From contig CATNEN010000032.1 in NCBI GenBank assembly GCA_950097015.1, positions 2,108,001-2,172,000 on the forward strand: 64,000 nucleotides of DNA, written 5' to 3'. This document shows, in pieces, positions 1-12,202 of this stretch. This DNA is from Macrostomum hystrix (lineage: Eukaryota > Animalia > Platyhelminthes). The position numbers and the translations under genes were made by a program. How positions within the stretch are numbered: the stretch's first letter is position 1; every line of letters starts with the position of its first letter. A model generated the notes under the pieces. That model searched no databases, had not been told where the DNA came from, and was given only the letters and a program-made list of their open reading frames with translations.

Positions 1-96
1 CCCAAGCCTTCTCTCCGCGGCTGCGCCCTAAATGAATGTGACCTCGCCGTGGAATCGAACTTAGGGACCTTGGTGCGAGAGCAAACCGCTCTGCCA
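1..96 (-). mobile_element. SINE family 1, tRNA-like head (cut by window edge)
   Basis: Reverse complement reads TGGCAGAGCGGT (A box)...GTTCGATTCC (B box), followed by the family body GCAGCCGCGGAGAGAAGGCTT. Confidence 0.8.
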
Positions 97-835
97 ATTT
101 ACAGGAGCAAAGATTTATTCTTTTTGTCAGTTGCGACTCTTGAAAACAGTTGCTTTTAGCGCCAATTATCCGCTATCCAAAGATAACAAGCAGCTATTTA
201 AAAAACAGAAATTTTTGCACTTGGGCCCGTCACCATGGTCCCGAAACCAAGCTGACAATTGCCGCAATAACTCAGTTTACGATGGTATTAATGGCCCACA
301 GGTGGACAGTCGGTGATAGTCAGGACCTGAGGGTTGTAGGCTGGGCTGGTTCAGCTCATACCGCGGACTCGTCGCCTGAAAATGTTGAGTTCTAGAACGC
401 GCGACCGCTTGAATTATGCATGACCAGAGAGCCGCCGCCATGAGTGCGCGGCCTCCCCTGACTTCCCAATAGTCAACGGAGAGCATTTCATAGCTCACCG
501 GCGTATCAAAATATGGCATCAAGCCAAGCTGGGTGGGCTGTCGACCCAGCGACCAACCGGCCCGGTCTCACCTCCCTCTCTCCTCATGTCTCTCCGTCTC
601 TGTCTGCCACTAACCAATCCAGCAGCCGCAGACATCCCCAGAGCCACCCACCACCCTGCCACGATCATAGAGTCCGTGCCGCCGTCACCGCCGCCGCTGC
701 CGCCGCCACCGCTGCCGCACTCGACCAGCGCCGAGACTATCAATTCTCCCCCCCATACAGCTTTGCCCGCCAGAAGATTGTGCTAGCAGCCTTCGGTTGG
801 CATTCAAGTCCCTCCAGCCTGCTCTCAGTGACGTC

Positions 836-3800
836 ATGAACTGTAAGTTTGTTGCCGCTTTCAGTGGGAACTCCAGCGTGGACTGAAAATTCCCAACCGA
901 ACCCCGCAGTGAGCTTTGTCTCCATCGCCGCGTTCGCCCTGTGCCTTCTGGCCACCGCGTCCGCCTACCGGCAGCTGATGCGAACCAGCGACTGTGAGAC
1001 TGGGATTTCACTGGGATTTCACGTTTATTTCACTGGGATTTCACTGGGATTTCACTGGGATCCATCAGTGTCTATCTTAAAAATCCCCTAAGTTCTCCCA
1101 GCAAAGTCGCTAATTTTCCTTTCCTTCAGCGGCTGCTGGCGCCGTGGGCAACGACTGTCCTCGGTCAGCGCCGTGGCCATGCAAGAGCGGCCAGTGCTTG
1201 TCCTTCGCCTTCATCTGCGACGGCCGAGCTGACTGCAGTGACGGTTACGACGAGGACAAGGCCCTCTGCACCGCCAGTAAGTGTCGTAGGTTTTACCATA
1301 GACAAATTTCCTCAACCCCGGCGTGGGCTAATAGTGTCAGAGAGACACTGGGAAATTGTGGGATACAGTTTGACCTAGCGGGATACAATGAAAGATACAG
1401 GGAGACAGTGGTGGACACAGGGAGACAGTGGTGGACACAGGGAGACAGTGGTGGACACAGGAAGACAGTGGTGGACACAGGGAGACAGTGGTGGACACAG
1501 GGAGACAGTGGTGGACACAGGGAGACAGTGGTGGACACAGGAAGACAGTGGTGGACACAGGGAGACAGTGGTGGACACAGGATGGACCAGACAAGCTTTA
1601 GCCCCAAGGTTGGTCAGTAACTGTTAATATGCACCAGTTCTGACTAAACAACTGTTCTGCTACATAAATAGTTGCCGGGCACACAGGAAATCGTGTGTTT
1701 GCCGACGGAAGAAAATTTAACTAGAATTGGTGGACTCATTAGGCAAATTGAGTTGTACCTTAGCTCAGCGGGAGAGTTCGTTCTGAAAGAAGGCCAAAGA
1801 GACTGTACAGACGAGTTCGTCCGATTCTTTTCGATGACGGACAAGCATCTACCTGTTTGTGAAGCTGATGAGGCTAAACTGCTCACAACTCCAACATCTG
1901 TCAGCCTGCCAGACGAACAATGTCAAACAAATGGTCAGCTAGTCAGTATGTCAGCTTTCATCAGTGTCAAACACGTTTTAGAAAACGCACCAGTTTGACA
2001 ATAAAATTGAGTTTTTTCCCAAACACTCAGAGAATAACGCAGGCGAAAATTCTGAGCCGCGCGCACCCAAGTGTCAGAAAAAATTGTAAATGAGATAATG
2101 CCTACGGAAGACAATCGGTGACAATGGCTGACTCTGCTTTTTTGTTCGTGTTTGGCAGTCAAGTGGGGCTGCCTTACTCCACCGAGTTGCCTAATTATCG
2201 CGGGAATTGATTGAATTTGGCAGCTATGGGAGGTGGCACTTATCTTCTCTTATCTAACCAGATTCCTTCTACTCAAAATCAAAGAGAAAATTTTAATAAA
2301 TTTACTTGATTATTCAAGCTAAACATGTGTGATACAGAGTGATTTTATAAATAAACACATGGATTTGATCGATAAACACGTGAATTTCACAGACAAACCC
2401 TTGGATTTGATATAAAAACACGTGGATTTCATGGATAAACACTTGGTTTTGATAGAAAAAAACAATGATTTGATATGTAAACACTTGGATTTTTACTGAT
2501 AAACACTTAGATTTGATAGTTAATTTCTTGGTTTTAATAGATTATTATTTGGTTTTCGCAGATAAATCATTGGATTTGATGGATAAACACTTGGATTTGA
2601 TAGATAAACACATGGATTTGATGGATAAACACTTGGATTTGATGGATAAACACTTGGATTTGATCATTAAACACTTGGGTTTGATAGATAAACACTTGGA
2701 TTTGATAGATAAACAGTTGGATTTGATGGATAAACACTTGGATTTGATAATTAAACACTTGGGTTTGATAGATAAACACTTGAATTTGATAGATAAACAC
2801 TTGGATTTGATAGATAAACACTTGGATTTGATAGATAAACACTTAGGTTTCACAGATAAACCCTTGGATTTTATTGATAAACACTTGGATTTTACAGATA
2901 GAGATAGAGTTTATCGAAGTTACCCTATTGCGTTCTATTGCGATGAACAATCTCACACAAAACACTCACAAACTCACAGAATATCACTGGCAAATCATTC
3001 GAACGAATTTCTCCAGTCGAAACCAAAGCGACCTAGGTGAAAAAGAATAATTTTGGTGCAGCATTAATCACTGGGCAACGGGGAAAACTTTGGCCTGATA
3101 AACAACCTGAGTAGGTTTTGCCGCAATGGGTCAAACCGAGCTCCAAAGCTATTGCCGGCAGCAGCGGAAATGATTCGTGACCCATTGTGACCCGCATTAT
3201 TTCTGTTGGTCTAGAAAATATGAGATTTACTTTTAGTGATGTGTACTCAAAATCTGCATTGCTACTGCTTACATTGCCCACAATGCATAGATTTATAGAA
3301 CAGTTCACACCAACAACCTCAGTTCCCTCCTACAGCCTCAGTTCACTCCTACAGCCTCAGTTCACACCTACAGCCTCAGTTCACACCTACAGCCTCAGTT
3401 CACTCCTACAGCCTCAGTTCACTCCTACAGCCTCAGTTCACTCCTACAGCCTCAGTTCACTCCTACAGCCTCAGTTCACACCTACAGCCTCAGTTCACAC
3501 CTACAGCCTCAGTTCACTCCTACAGCCTCAGTTCACACCTACAGCCTCAGTTCACTCCTACAGCCTCAGTTCACTCCTACAGCCTCAGTTCAATCCTACA
3601 GCCTCAGTTCACTCCTACAGCCTCAGTTCACTCCTACAGCCTCAGTTCACTCCTACAGCCTCAGTTCACTCCTACAGCCTCAGTTCACTCCTACAGCCTC
3701 AGTTCACTCCTACAGCCTCAGTTCACTCCTACAGCCTCAGTTCACTCCTACAGCCTCAGTTCACTCCTACAGCCTCAGTTCACTCCTACAGCCTCAGTTC

Positions 3801-6765
3801 ACTCCTACAGCCTCAGTTCACTCCTACAGCCTCAGTTCACTCCTACAGCCTCAGTTCACTCCTACAGCCTCAGTTCACTCCTACAGCCTCAGTTCACTCC
3901 TACAGCCTCAGTTCACTCCTACAGCCTCAGTTCACTCCTACAGCCTCAGTTCACTCCTACAGCCTCAGTTCACTCCTACAGCCTCAGTTCACTCCTACAG
4001 CATCAGTTCACTCCTACAGCCTCAGTTCACTCCTACAGCATCAGTTCACTCCTACAGCCTCAGTTCACTCCTACAGCCTCAGTTCACTCCTACAGCCTCA
4101 GTTCACTCCTTTTCCTTTCTGCAGAGGACCGCCCGGCCAGCATCATCCTGAAGATGTTTATCCAGCGATTCCACCGATGGCTAATTCCGAACGTCCTTGG
4201 CGAAGGCACCCCCGATGAGCTGTCGAAACTGCTGACTGGTGAGTGCGGCCGAATGTAAGCAGATAATCGAAGCTAAAATCGAAGCTAAAATCGAAGCTAG
4301 AATCGAAGCTAGAATCGTAGCAAAAATCGATGCTAGAATCGAAGCAAGAATCGATGCTAGAATCGTAGCAAGAATCGTAGTAAGAATCGAAGCTAAAAAA
4401 CGTAGCAAGAATCGAAGCTAGAATCGTAGCAAGAATCGAAGCTGGAATCGTAGCAAGAATCGAAGCTAGAATCGAAGCTAGAATCGCAGCAAAAAATCGA
4501 AGCTAGAATCGTAGCAAGAATCGTAGCGAGAATCGGGACAGAGTTCGTTGCGGGACAGTGGCTGCCTTGCACTCATTGAAGCATTTGACCGCTTTTCATT
4601 AGAATTCTAAGAATTCAGAATCTGCAATCGGGATGCAGCTGCACTAATAAGTTTAATGAGCAGCACTCGGTCATTTCAACGACACTCCGGTCTCGAATAT
4701 TGGCCCCTAGCAACACAACAGCAGAAGATAATGACTGTTCTCCGAGGCCACTTTAAAAGTCTTTCTACAAGCAACGAACACTTGGTAGCACTAATAATGT
4801 ATGCCCGTGTGTGTGTGTGTACGCGTCTGAGTTTGCAGCCGGAATGACCTGAGTAAGAAATGGGGAGCAGAGGAAATCTCTATTTTTTTCAGAGTCAATC
4901 TCACTTCTCTCCCTCATACACTTATGTTTGATGAGTTTGGCTGCGTAGCAATGGACTGGATCGGCGGCGGCAGCAGCAGCAGCGACGGCTGTGAAGCGGA
5001 GTGCGTTTGAGTGGCTCATTCTGCAGTGTCTAAACCGAAGCTTTGGACTTAGTCCCAGAAATAGAAGCTTTTCTAATAGGAAAAGTTTCTCAAGACGAAA
5101 GCTGGCCCGCGAAAGTGGCCAGCTCGGGAAAAATGTTTGGATTACAGATTCCATTTCATCCTGGCTTGTCCAGCTTTCTTGTCGACCGAATCGCTTGCTG
5201 AGGATGACTTGAAAATTTACACATTTTTAACGATCGGATAACAAGAAATCAACAACTTCGCTAAGCGTGTCAAACAAGCTCACTGACTGATCAAACAATG
5301 GGATTATGGAATTGCTCTGCATCAGCTTTCCGGATTCTAACCAGGTCGCAATGGTTAAAAAAACCTGAAAAACCTGTAACATTTCCCAGATTGTTTACTT
5401 AATGTTGCTAAAAACACAATGTTTTAGAGTACTGCTCATCGTTTCACCCTGTTCTGCTGCAGAACTAAAGAAATTTCCGTTTTTTTGAGGAAAACTTCGA
5501 TTATGCGGTCTAACTCACAATCGCTTTGAACTCTTCGAACCCACAAAAACTGCTTTTAAGTGACATGGATTGCAAAACTTGTCCTAAGCATATAACCTTA
5601 AGCTATGGCAACACTAACCACATCCAACCCAAATAGTAATCCAATAGCTGGCAAGCCAACCCAAGCCAGCCCAAGCCAATCAAAGCCAGCCCAAGCCAGC
5701 CCAAGCCAGCCCAAGCCAACCCAAGCCAGCCCAAGCCAGCCCAAGCCAGCCCAAGCCAACCCAAGCCAGCCCAAGCCAACCCAAGCCAGCACAAGCCAGC
5801 CCAAGCCAGCCCAAGCCAGCCCAAGCCAATCAAAGCCAGCCCAAGCCAGCCCAAGCCAATCAAAGCCAGCCCAAGCCAATCAAAGCCAGCCCAAGCCAAT
5901 CAAAGCCAGCCCAAGCCAGCCCAAGCCAGCCCAAGCCAGCCCAAGCCAATCAAAGCCAGCCCAAGCCAACCCAAGCCAGCCCAAGCCAATCAAAGCCAGC
6001 CCAAGCCAATCAAAGCCAGCCCAAGCCAACCCAAGCCAGCCCAAGCCAGCCCAAGCCAGCCCAAGCCAATCAAATCCAGCCCAAGCCAGCCCAAGCCAAC
6101 CCAAGCCAACCCAAGCCAGCACAAGCCAGCCCAAGCCAGCCCAAGCCAGCCCAAGCCAATCAAAGCCAGCCCAAGCCAGCCCAAGCCAACCCAAGCCAGC
6201 CCAAGCCAGCCCAAGCCAATCAAAGCCAATCAAAGCCAGCCCAAGCCAACCCAAGCCAGCCCAAGCCAATCAAAGCCAGCCCAAGCCAGCCCAAGCCAAC
6301 CCAAGCCAGCCCAAGCCAATCAAAGCCAGCCCAAGCCAACCCAAGCCAGCCCAAGCCAGCCCAAGCCAATCAAAGCCAATCAAAGCCAGCCCAAGCCAAC
6401 CCAAGCCAGCCCAAGCCAATCAAAGCCAGCCCAAGCCAGCCCAAGCCAACCCAAGCCAGCCCAAGCCAATCAAAGCCAGCCCAAGCCAACCCAAGCCAGC
6501 CCAAGCCAGCCCAAGCCAGCCCAAGCCAACCCAAGCGAACTCACCGCACGCGCCCTCAGAGGAGCGCAGCGTTGACGACTACGCCAAGAAGGTGAAGCTG
6601 ACGGCCGAGCAGCGCAGCACGCTGGTCCGCGTGATGGAGTACGCCCGAGACGGCCGAGTGCTCGACCTCATCATGGAGGGCATGCCTGAGGACGCCTATC
6701 GCGAGGCTTACGCCCTGTTTGGTCGCATTGTGGAGAGCGGCTTCCTGGGCTCGGAGACCATCTAG
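836..6765 (+). CDS. Prohormone-4-like secreted protein (signal peptide + LDL-receptor class A domain + prohormone-4-type C-terminus), about 185 aa; exons 836-842, 910-993, 1130-1276, 4125-4238, 6560-6765
   Basis: All introns are GT-AG and phase-consistent (558 nt). Translation gives MNLSFVSIAAFALCLLATASA (signal peptide), CPRSAPWPCKSGQCLSFAFICDGRADCSDGYDEDKALCTAKDRP (LDLa) and the C-terminus EERSVDDYAKKVKL...FGRIVESGFLG, which resembles the prohormone-4 tail (...FFLEKLVNTGFLD). Confidence 0.85.
1398..1583. repeat. Minisatellite, 20-bp unit GGAGACAGTGGTGGACACAG, about 9 copies
   Basis: Direct inspection. Confidence 0.95.
2340..2900. repeat. Degenerate minisatellite, 21-bp unit GATAAACACTTGGATTTGATA
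   Basis: Direct inspection; explains ORFs 2513-3040 and their shadows. Confidence 0.9.
3340..4110. repeat. Minisatellite, 19-bp unit CTACAGCCTCAGTTCACTC, about 40 copies
   Basis: Direct inspection; ends about 15 nt before the acceptor at 4124. Confidence 0.95.
4262..4535. repeat. Minisatellite, 12-bp unit ATCGAAGCTAGA-like
   Basis: Direct inspection. Confidence 0.9.
5648..6538. repeat. Compound CCAAG(C/CAGC/CAAC/CAAT) 5/10-bp repeat
   Basis: Direct inspection; accounts for the repetitive part of ORF 5605-6765. Confidence 0.95.
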
Positions 6766-8949
6766 ACTGTCGCCCTTGGAAGCCAATCCGGATTATAACA
6801 GCTGCGTTTGAAAATTGCCAGTTGAAACTTGAGTCATCGCGAGAAAAGTTGATTTGTTCGAGCCTATTGAATGTTATTAATAAGAACAACCCGTTGAGAA
6901 CACCAACTCGACCGATTTCAATGCGTTCCGGCCGTGCCCCAGCCCACAGCTCTATGTCTCTCAATCTCTATATCTCCGTGACAGTGCGCCTCACCTCCAT
7001 GAGGGCCACAGAAGTCCTGAATAAACGGAAAAAAGACAGATTCCAATGAACTACGGATAGCCAAGCATATTCTACCGAGCGTCAGGCACACTTTTTTCAC
7101 TGAACTTCAATGCATTTCTAGAGATTTACTTGTAGAAACAAAAAATTAGACCTCGATTTCGAAGACCCAACGAGTGAGTTTAGTCTCATGGGAGAACTGG
7201 GCCATCAGTGTCACCTGCTGGAAAAGCTGAAGCAAAAAAAAATTGTGGATTAACAGCAGATGCAGTGCGAGCTGCCTCACTCCGTCAACTCTAAGCCATG
7301 GTACAAGCAGATGTATTTGAGCAGTTCTGAGCACAGCTGAAAAGTTTGTCAGATTGTCAGACGCTGAGAGGACGAGGATTCCTAGCTAAATGGCGAAAGC
7401 TGACTTCGGGTCAAGCTTTTTTCGTTTGCATTAGGATTCCTGTCCTTCTCTCGCTGGCTCCCCTCCCACAAATTTTGTTCTGACATCGAATCTCCATCTC
7501 CAATCCGCACTTCTCACTGTCTCATTCGAGACCTCAAATTTATTCCCGTGAGTGCTCACTCCTGACGGCGATGCCAGTTCAGCTCTTGCTGCGTGTCGGT
7601 CAGTCCTGCAGGTGCTGGCTCTAACACGCGATCCTGTTATGCACAGTGCCCACTTTGTTTAAAATGGCCATTCATGCAGCCGCAGCTCTGTTGCCACACT
7701 CATCCGGTTCTCAAGCTGCAGTGTTGAGCTGCTCAACACTTGCACGCTGACTCCACCTAGTCTCTGGGACGGGTCGCCCAATATTCCTCTCTCCTCTCCA
7801 ACCCTCTTTTTCATTCCGACCCTGAAACCACTGAGCACACCTCACTGGCTGCTCTGGGCTTAATTAAAAAGACGGAAGGTTATAGAGGTGCGTCTGGCGA
7901 GCTGGTGGCAACAGAGATTATTACGGGAATACTTTTGCGTGGCAACTGGACCAGGCACAATTGGCAGGCCAACCTCATCGCATATTCACACAAGTGGACC
8001 TTCTTTCTTTGCTCAAATAGCTGCTTAAACCGTTTCAGCTACTGAAAGAGTTCAGGCGAAAGGTAACAGACTAACTAAACGGTGCGAAATCCAAATCCTT
8101 CAGAATCTAATCCAGGATTAATCGACCCACACCAAAAATATCGCATTTTATAGGAGAAGAGAGACAGCACCCTAGAGATGGAGCAGAAGAAAGTGTTTAG
8201 TCGAGGCAGCTTTTTCATATCTGTTTTGAGTTTTCCTTTTAGTTTAGATGTGGGGGTCCTTGGGGCTAATCCTTGAAAGATGAGCGTTTCCCTGGGACGT
8301 GATTTTCAGCTCCGCATTGACATAGGCATTGACATGTGTGTCCTCTAGCTCACCACTAGTTATCCATCTCATATCCCAGTCTATCACGTTTCTTCTACGA
8401 GCCGTAGTTCAAAACTAATAATGAGAAATAGAAGAAACATCGGTTTGGCTGAGCTCAGCTGATGAGTCGATGGGGTTATTAAATACTATTTTTTCAGGAC
8501 ACAAGTTCGCCACTAGGATTCGTACCGATCGAAAAACAAAAAACATGAGGACATCCTATACTACTTTAAGTAAATCGGCAATTAAGTATGAGTGTTGTGG
8601 GGAGGATAAGCTAAGCTACTCAATAAGTAAATTTATAAAAGTTTCCAGAAGCCTGCTTTGCACAATGTCGAGGTCATTGTCACGGTCGGAAGCCGAGGCA
8701 CCTCGATGTGAACGCGGTGCCGACCTCCAGGCCTGCCAGGCACACCACAATGCCCAGAGTGACTCCGCAGAACACCCAGAAGAGGCACTTGTCGGCCGCG
8801 GACTCCAAGATGGCCCACTCGTTGTCAAGGATACCAGAGCGAGGAGTGGAATCTCTGGTGCAGTTTGAGCCAGATGATTCACCTGATGTGCCCACGGTGT
8901 TCTCTGGCGCGTCCTGCTTTTAAGTATAATTGAGAAATGTTTACTTATG

Positions 8950-9232
8950 CTTAATAATAACAATAATATTTGGTGACAGTAGACCCACAGCCAGTGATGT
9001 GTCAATTCTGTACTCAGGCACGCAGTCACACAGGTGTGTACATCTGTCCTGACTTTCTCATCGTCAGGCAGTTCACTCTCACTGTGCCTTGGAGGTTTGC
9101 CTAAAGGGCCGTAAATTGCACGACAAGCCCCCGAGCCATCTCTACCCAAAATAAATGAATTGGGCCTCGCCGCGGAATCGAGCTTAGGGATGCTGGTATG
9201 AGAGTCAAACGTTCTAGACCGCTCTGCGATCA
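8950..9232 (-). mobile_element. SINE family 1 copy in the last intron of copy A
   Basis: Shares the head and the body motifs ACTGTGCCTTGGAGG and ACAGGTGTGTACATCTG with the other copies. Confidence 0.75.
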
Positions 9233-11154
9233 CCACATCAGGAAATGTTAATTAGCAGCTTCTGAGGCGTGAGGGGCAGAGCGGTGACGCATCCGGTTTT
9301 CGCATGAAGGTCCCGAGCTTTGAATCCGTGTCGAGGCCACATTAGTTTAGTGCGAGGCTGAAGTAACAGCTCAGTCGCTGCCCCAACTATAATGGATCAG
9401 CTTGGCACTATTACTGTCACAGGTCGCTAGCAATGCAATCTTAGCAGCTTATGCTTACCACATTCGCCGAAACTCTCACTCGCGATCTGCTGAGAACCCA
9501 TCTATTGAGAAAGAGCAGCCGGATCATTTCATTGCTCACTCCACCGCCTCTGGCCTGTTTGAAGTGGCAGTCAAGTACAAAAGCGTTGCCAAGGACGTTA
9601 GCCATCGTCATGAAGACAGTCAGGCTGAAATACCAGGCTGCCAGGTGTCGAAGGAGACAGGAGTGGCTGATAACGCAATGCTGTGCATTTTGCATGTTAA
9701 CTGGTTGGTTTTAAAGCCCAAACTCACTGAGCAGTGGCACAGACTCGCTCTGAGTTGGCGTGTAGTTGCCAGCCAGCTGCAGGAACACGCACATGGACAG
9801 CACGATGGTGACGCTGAACGAGACTCGCTCGCTATCGTCTGGCGGCAGTCGGAAGGTCAGGGAGGAGATGGCGAGCAGCAGGATGCTGGGCAGGATCAGG
9901 TTCACCATGTAGAAGGTCGATCTTCGCGAAGCGCATAATTTTTGCGAAAAAATTAATAGAAACTGATAAAAAAACATTTTCTTTATAGCCTGCTTTAAAC
10001 AGTAGAAAGAGCACGGGAGTATTTCAAATGCCCCCATTTATCTTTCTGCATCTTCTAAATTATTCAAAAATCGGTCATTCGGTTTGGGAGCTATCATGAA
10101 GTAGGCATTAGGTAGGTAGGCATTTGAAATACGAGCTACCCCGTGGTCGTTCCTAGAGAGAGAAGAACCGTGGTATTTCTACTGTTAAAACTGGCTCGAT
10201 GTCTAGTTAAGTTAAGCTTTGAGTACGCAAATATTCTCACTCCTAGGCAGCATAAACACTGCATCTAGGGTCTTGGCCTTGGGGTCCTGTAGTCTCTAAA
10301 ATATCTCCTTGACTGCACTAGCAAGTGATCAGAGCTATCCGAAAAATACGAAAATACCGAAAAAGAGATATCCAGAAAGATTTGGTCAATGATTGTATTG
10401 ACCCCATCTTTTCTAATGGAGACGTCAATAATGCAAAACTCGTTGCTGTCCCTCAGTTCCGAAGCGACTGTTATGATTTGATACAGAGTTTTAACCTGCA
10501 GCGTGAGCTGTTGCACGCTTCTAGTTATGGAGACCAGCACCAACGGACAGGACTGGGTGTCGTAGGGGAAGGTTTGTAGCTGCATCGGGTACTTTGTTGT
10601 GACCAAGTACTGGCCAAGACGCTGAATATGCAGGCCACAGATTCGGCTTCTTGCACCCGCTGGGCACTCTTGGTGCAAATTCGTGTACGGAATAAGAGAA
10701 GCCTAGCTCTATGAACGATCAGAGAGTGCAATAAAACTATTATCTCACACGCCGTAGAAGAAGACATCAGGCTGCCACAGCACCGACGACGGCACGGCTA
10801 CATCCGTGATGGCATCCAGGCTGGAGTTGAATTTGCCAAGCCAAGCGAGGCGGCTGTCCAACCAGTTCTGAGGGTTGGCATGTGCTTGTGATTAGCCTTG
10901 ATCACCTGCTCACCAGTTCAAGCCAAAGCTGCAATGTTGTCTCCTGCGCTGCGGAATCCTGAAGTAAAGAGTCTCGAATAAAACTCGTATGTTTCTACTT
11001 CGGAATTTCATTAATTGTGCTTTATTCTGGTAATTTATTTGGTCCGTAGCCATGCCAGCCTACTTTACAATGGGATATGGGTATAGATCTTTGGGCGCGC
11101 ATTGCTATAGGATAGTTATAATGCGCTTCTGTTCTTCGTGGTACTCACGAAGTA

Positions 11155-12202
11155 ATTCAAATTCTAAATCTAATTCTAATTCTAATTCATAATTTAGACG
11201 GCCGATCGAGTATTCATCGATCTGGGACAAATCGATGAACCCGTCGTCCCACAGGGAAGGGAAAACTGTGGCGACCTTCTCCCAGCACACCGGCATAAAC
11301 TCTACCGTTTTCCAGAACGAAGTTCTCGCCATCAGCTCCTGCGCCCTGGAGCTGATCAACCAAAACGTCCACGGAGCAGAAATCTTCCTCCACTCGGACA
11401 GCCAGCCAGGTGGCGATCCATGCCCTTGGACGCACGCACACCTGCTCGCGCACAGTCCTCGACTGCGTCGCGCAACTCAACCGCTTAGGGACCCACAACA
11501 AGGTGTCCCTAAGGTGGATTCCAGGGCACTCAGGCCACCCTGGTAACGAACTGGCCGACAGCCTCGCCAAGGCCGGTTCGACGGGTTCGCTTTTTGGCCC
11601 CGTGCCTGCGACCTCCACCCCTACCGCCGTCGTCAACACTCGGATTAACCAGTGGGTGACCTCAAAGCACAAGGACAGATGGATCAATACCGCCGATTGT
11701 CGGCAGTCTCGCGCTGCTGTCCCTTGTCCCTCCACTGCCCTTCGCAAAGCCTTGCTTGGACTGAACCGCAAGGACATCAGGGCAGTTACCATGGCCCTCT
11801 CTGGCCATGGCTGTTTCGCCAGGCACCGCTTCCTGCAAGGCAAAATCCGCAGTGAGGAATGCCCCTTCTGCCTCTCCTATGTCGAAGATGCAGAGCATTT
11901 TATTTGCGACTGCCCCGCCTTCACTCAGGACAGGCTCACCTATCTCGGCCCAAACCCGGATCTCCCCGACGTTTTCAGGCCTGAGAACATCTGCCAGCTC
12001 GTCCGATACCTGAGGGCCACCGGGCGAGCAACCCTCTACCTCCTGGACTCTCCGGAGGAGGACCGCGCTGCGGACGCCGGCACCACCGGATCCCCCAGCG
12101 CGACACCGCAGCTTTAGTTGCCCGTGGTCGCCAGGGGCTAGCGGAATGGGCGGCAACGCCTCCCCGGAAGATGCCCCCTGCAGCTAAGTCAAGTAAGTAA
12201 GT
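11155..12202 (+). mobile_element. 5'-truncated non-LTR retrotransposon (RNase H + CCHC end of ORF2; I-group, Loa/Lian-like)
   Basis: RNase H motifs [34 protein letters not shown]; zinc knuckle [18 protein letters not shown]; stop at 12117; short 3'UTR ending in (AAGT)n. A 4-nt CCAG duplication near 11403 frameshifts the ORF. Confidence 0.9.

Noticed and set aside
3187-4218. 343-aa ORF with QPQFTPTASVHSYSLSSLL repeats
   Set aside because: Translation of a 19-bp minisatellite. The real exon (4125-4238) is in another frame.
5605-6559. Long SQPKPAQA-repeat ORF (386 aa)
   Set aside because: The repeat part is intronic. The true exon begins at the AG acceptor 6559/6560 and joins in phase to the exon ending at 4238.
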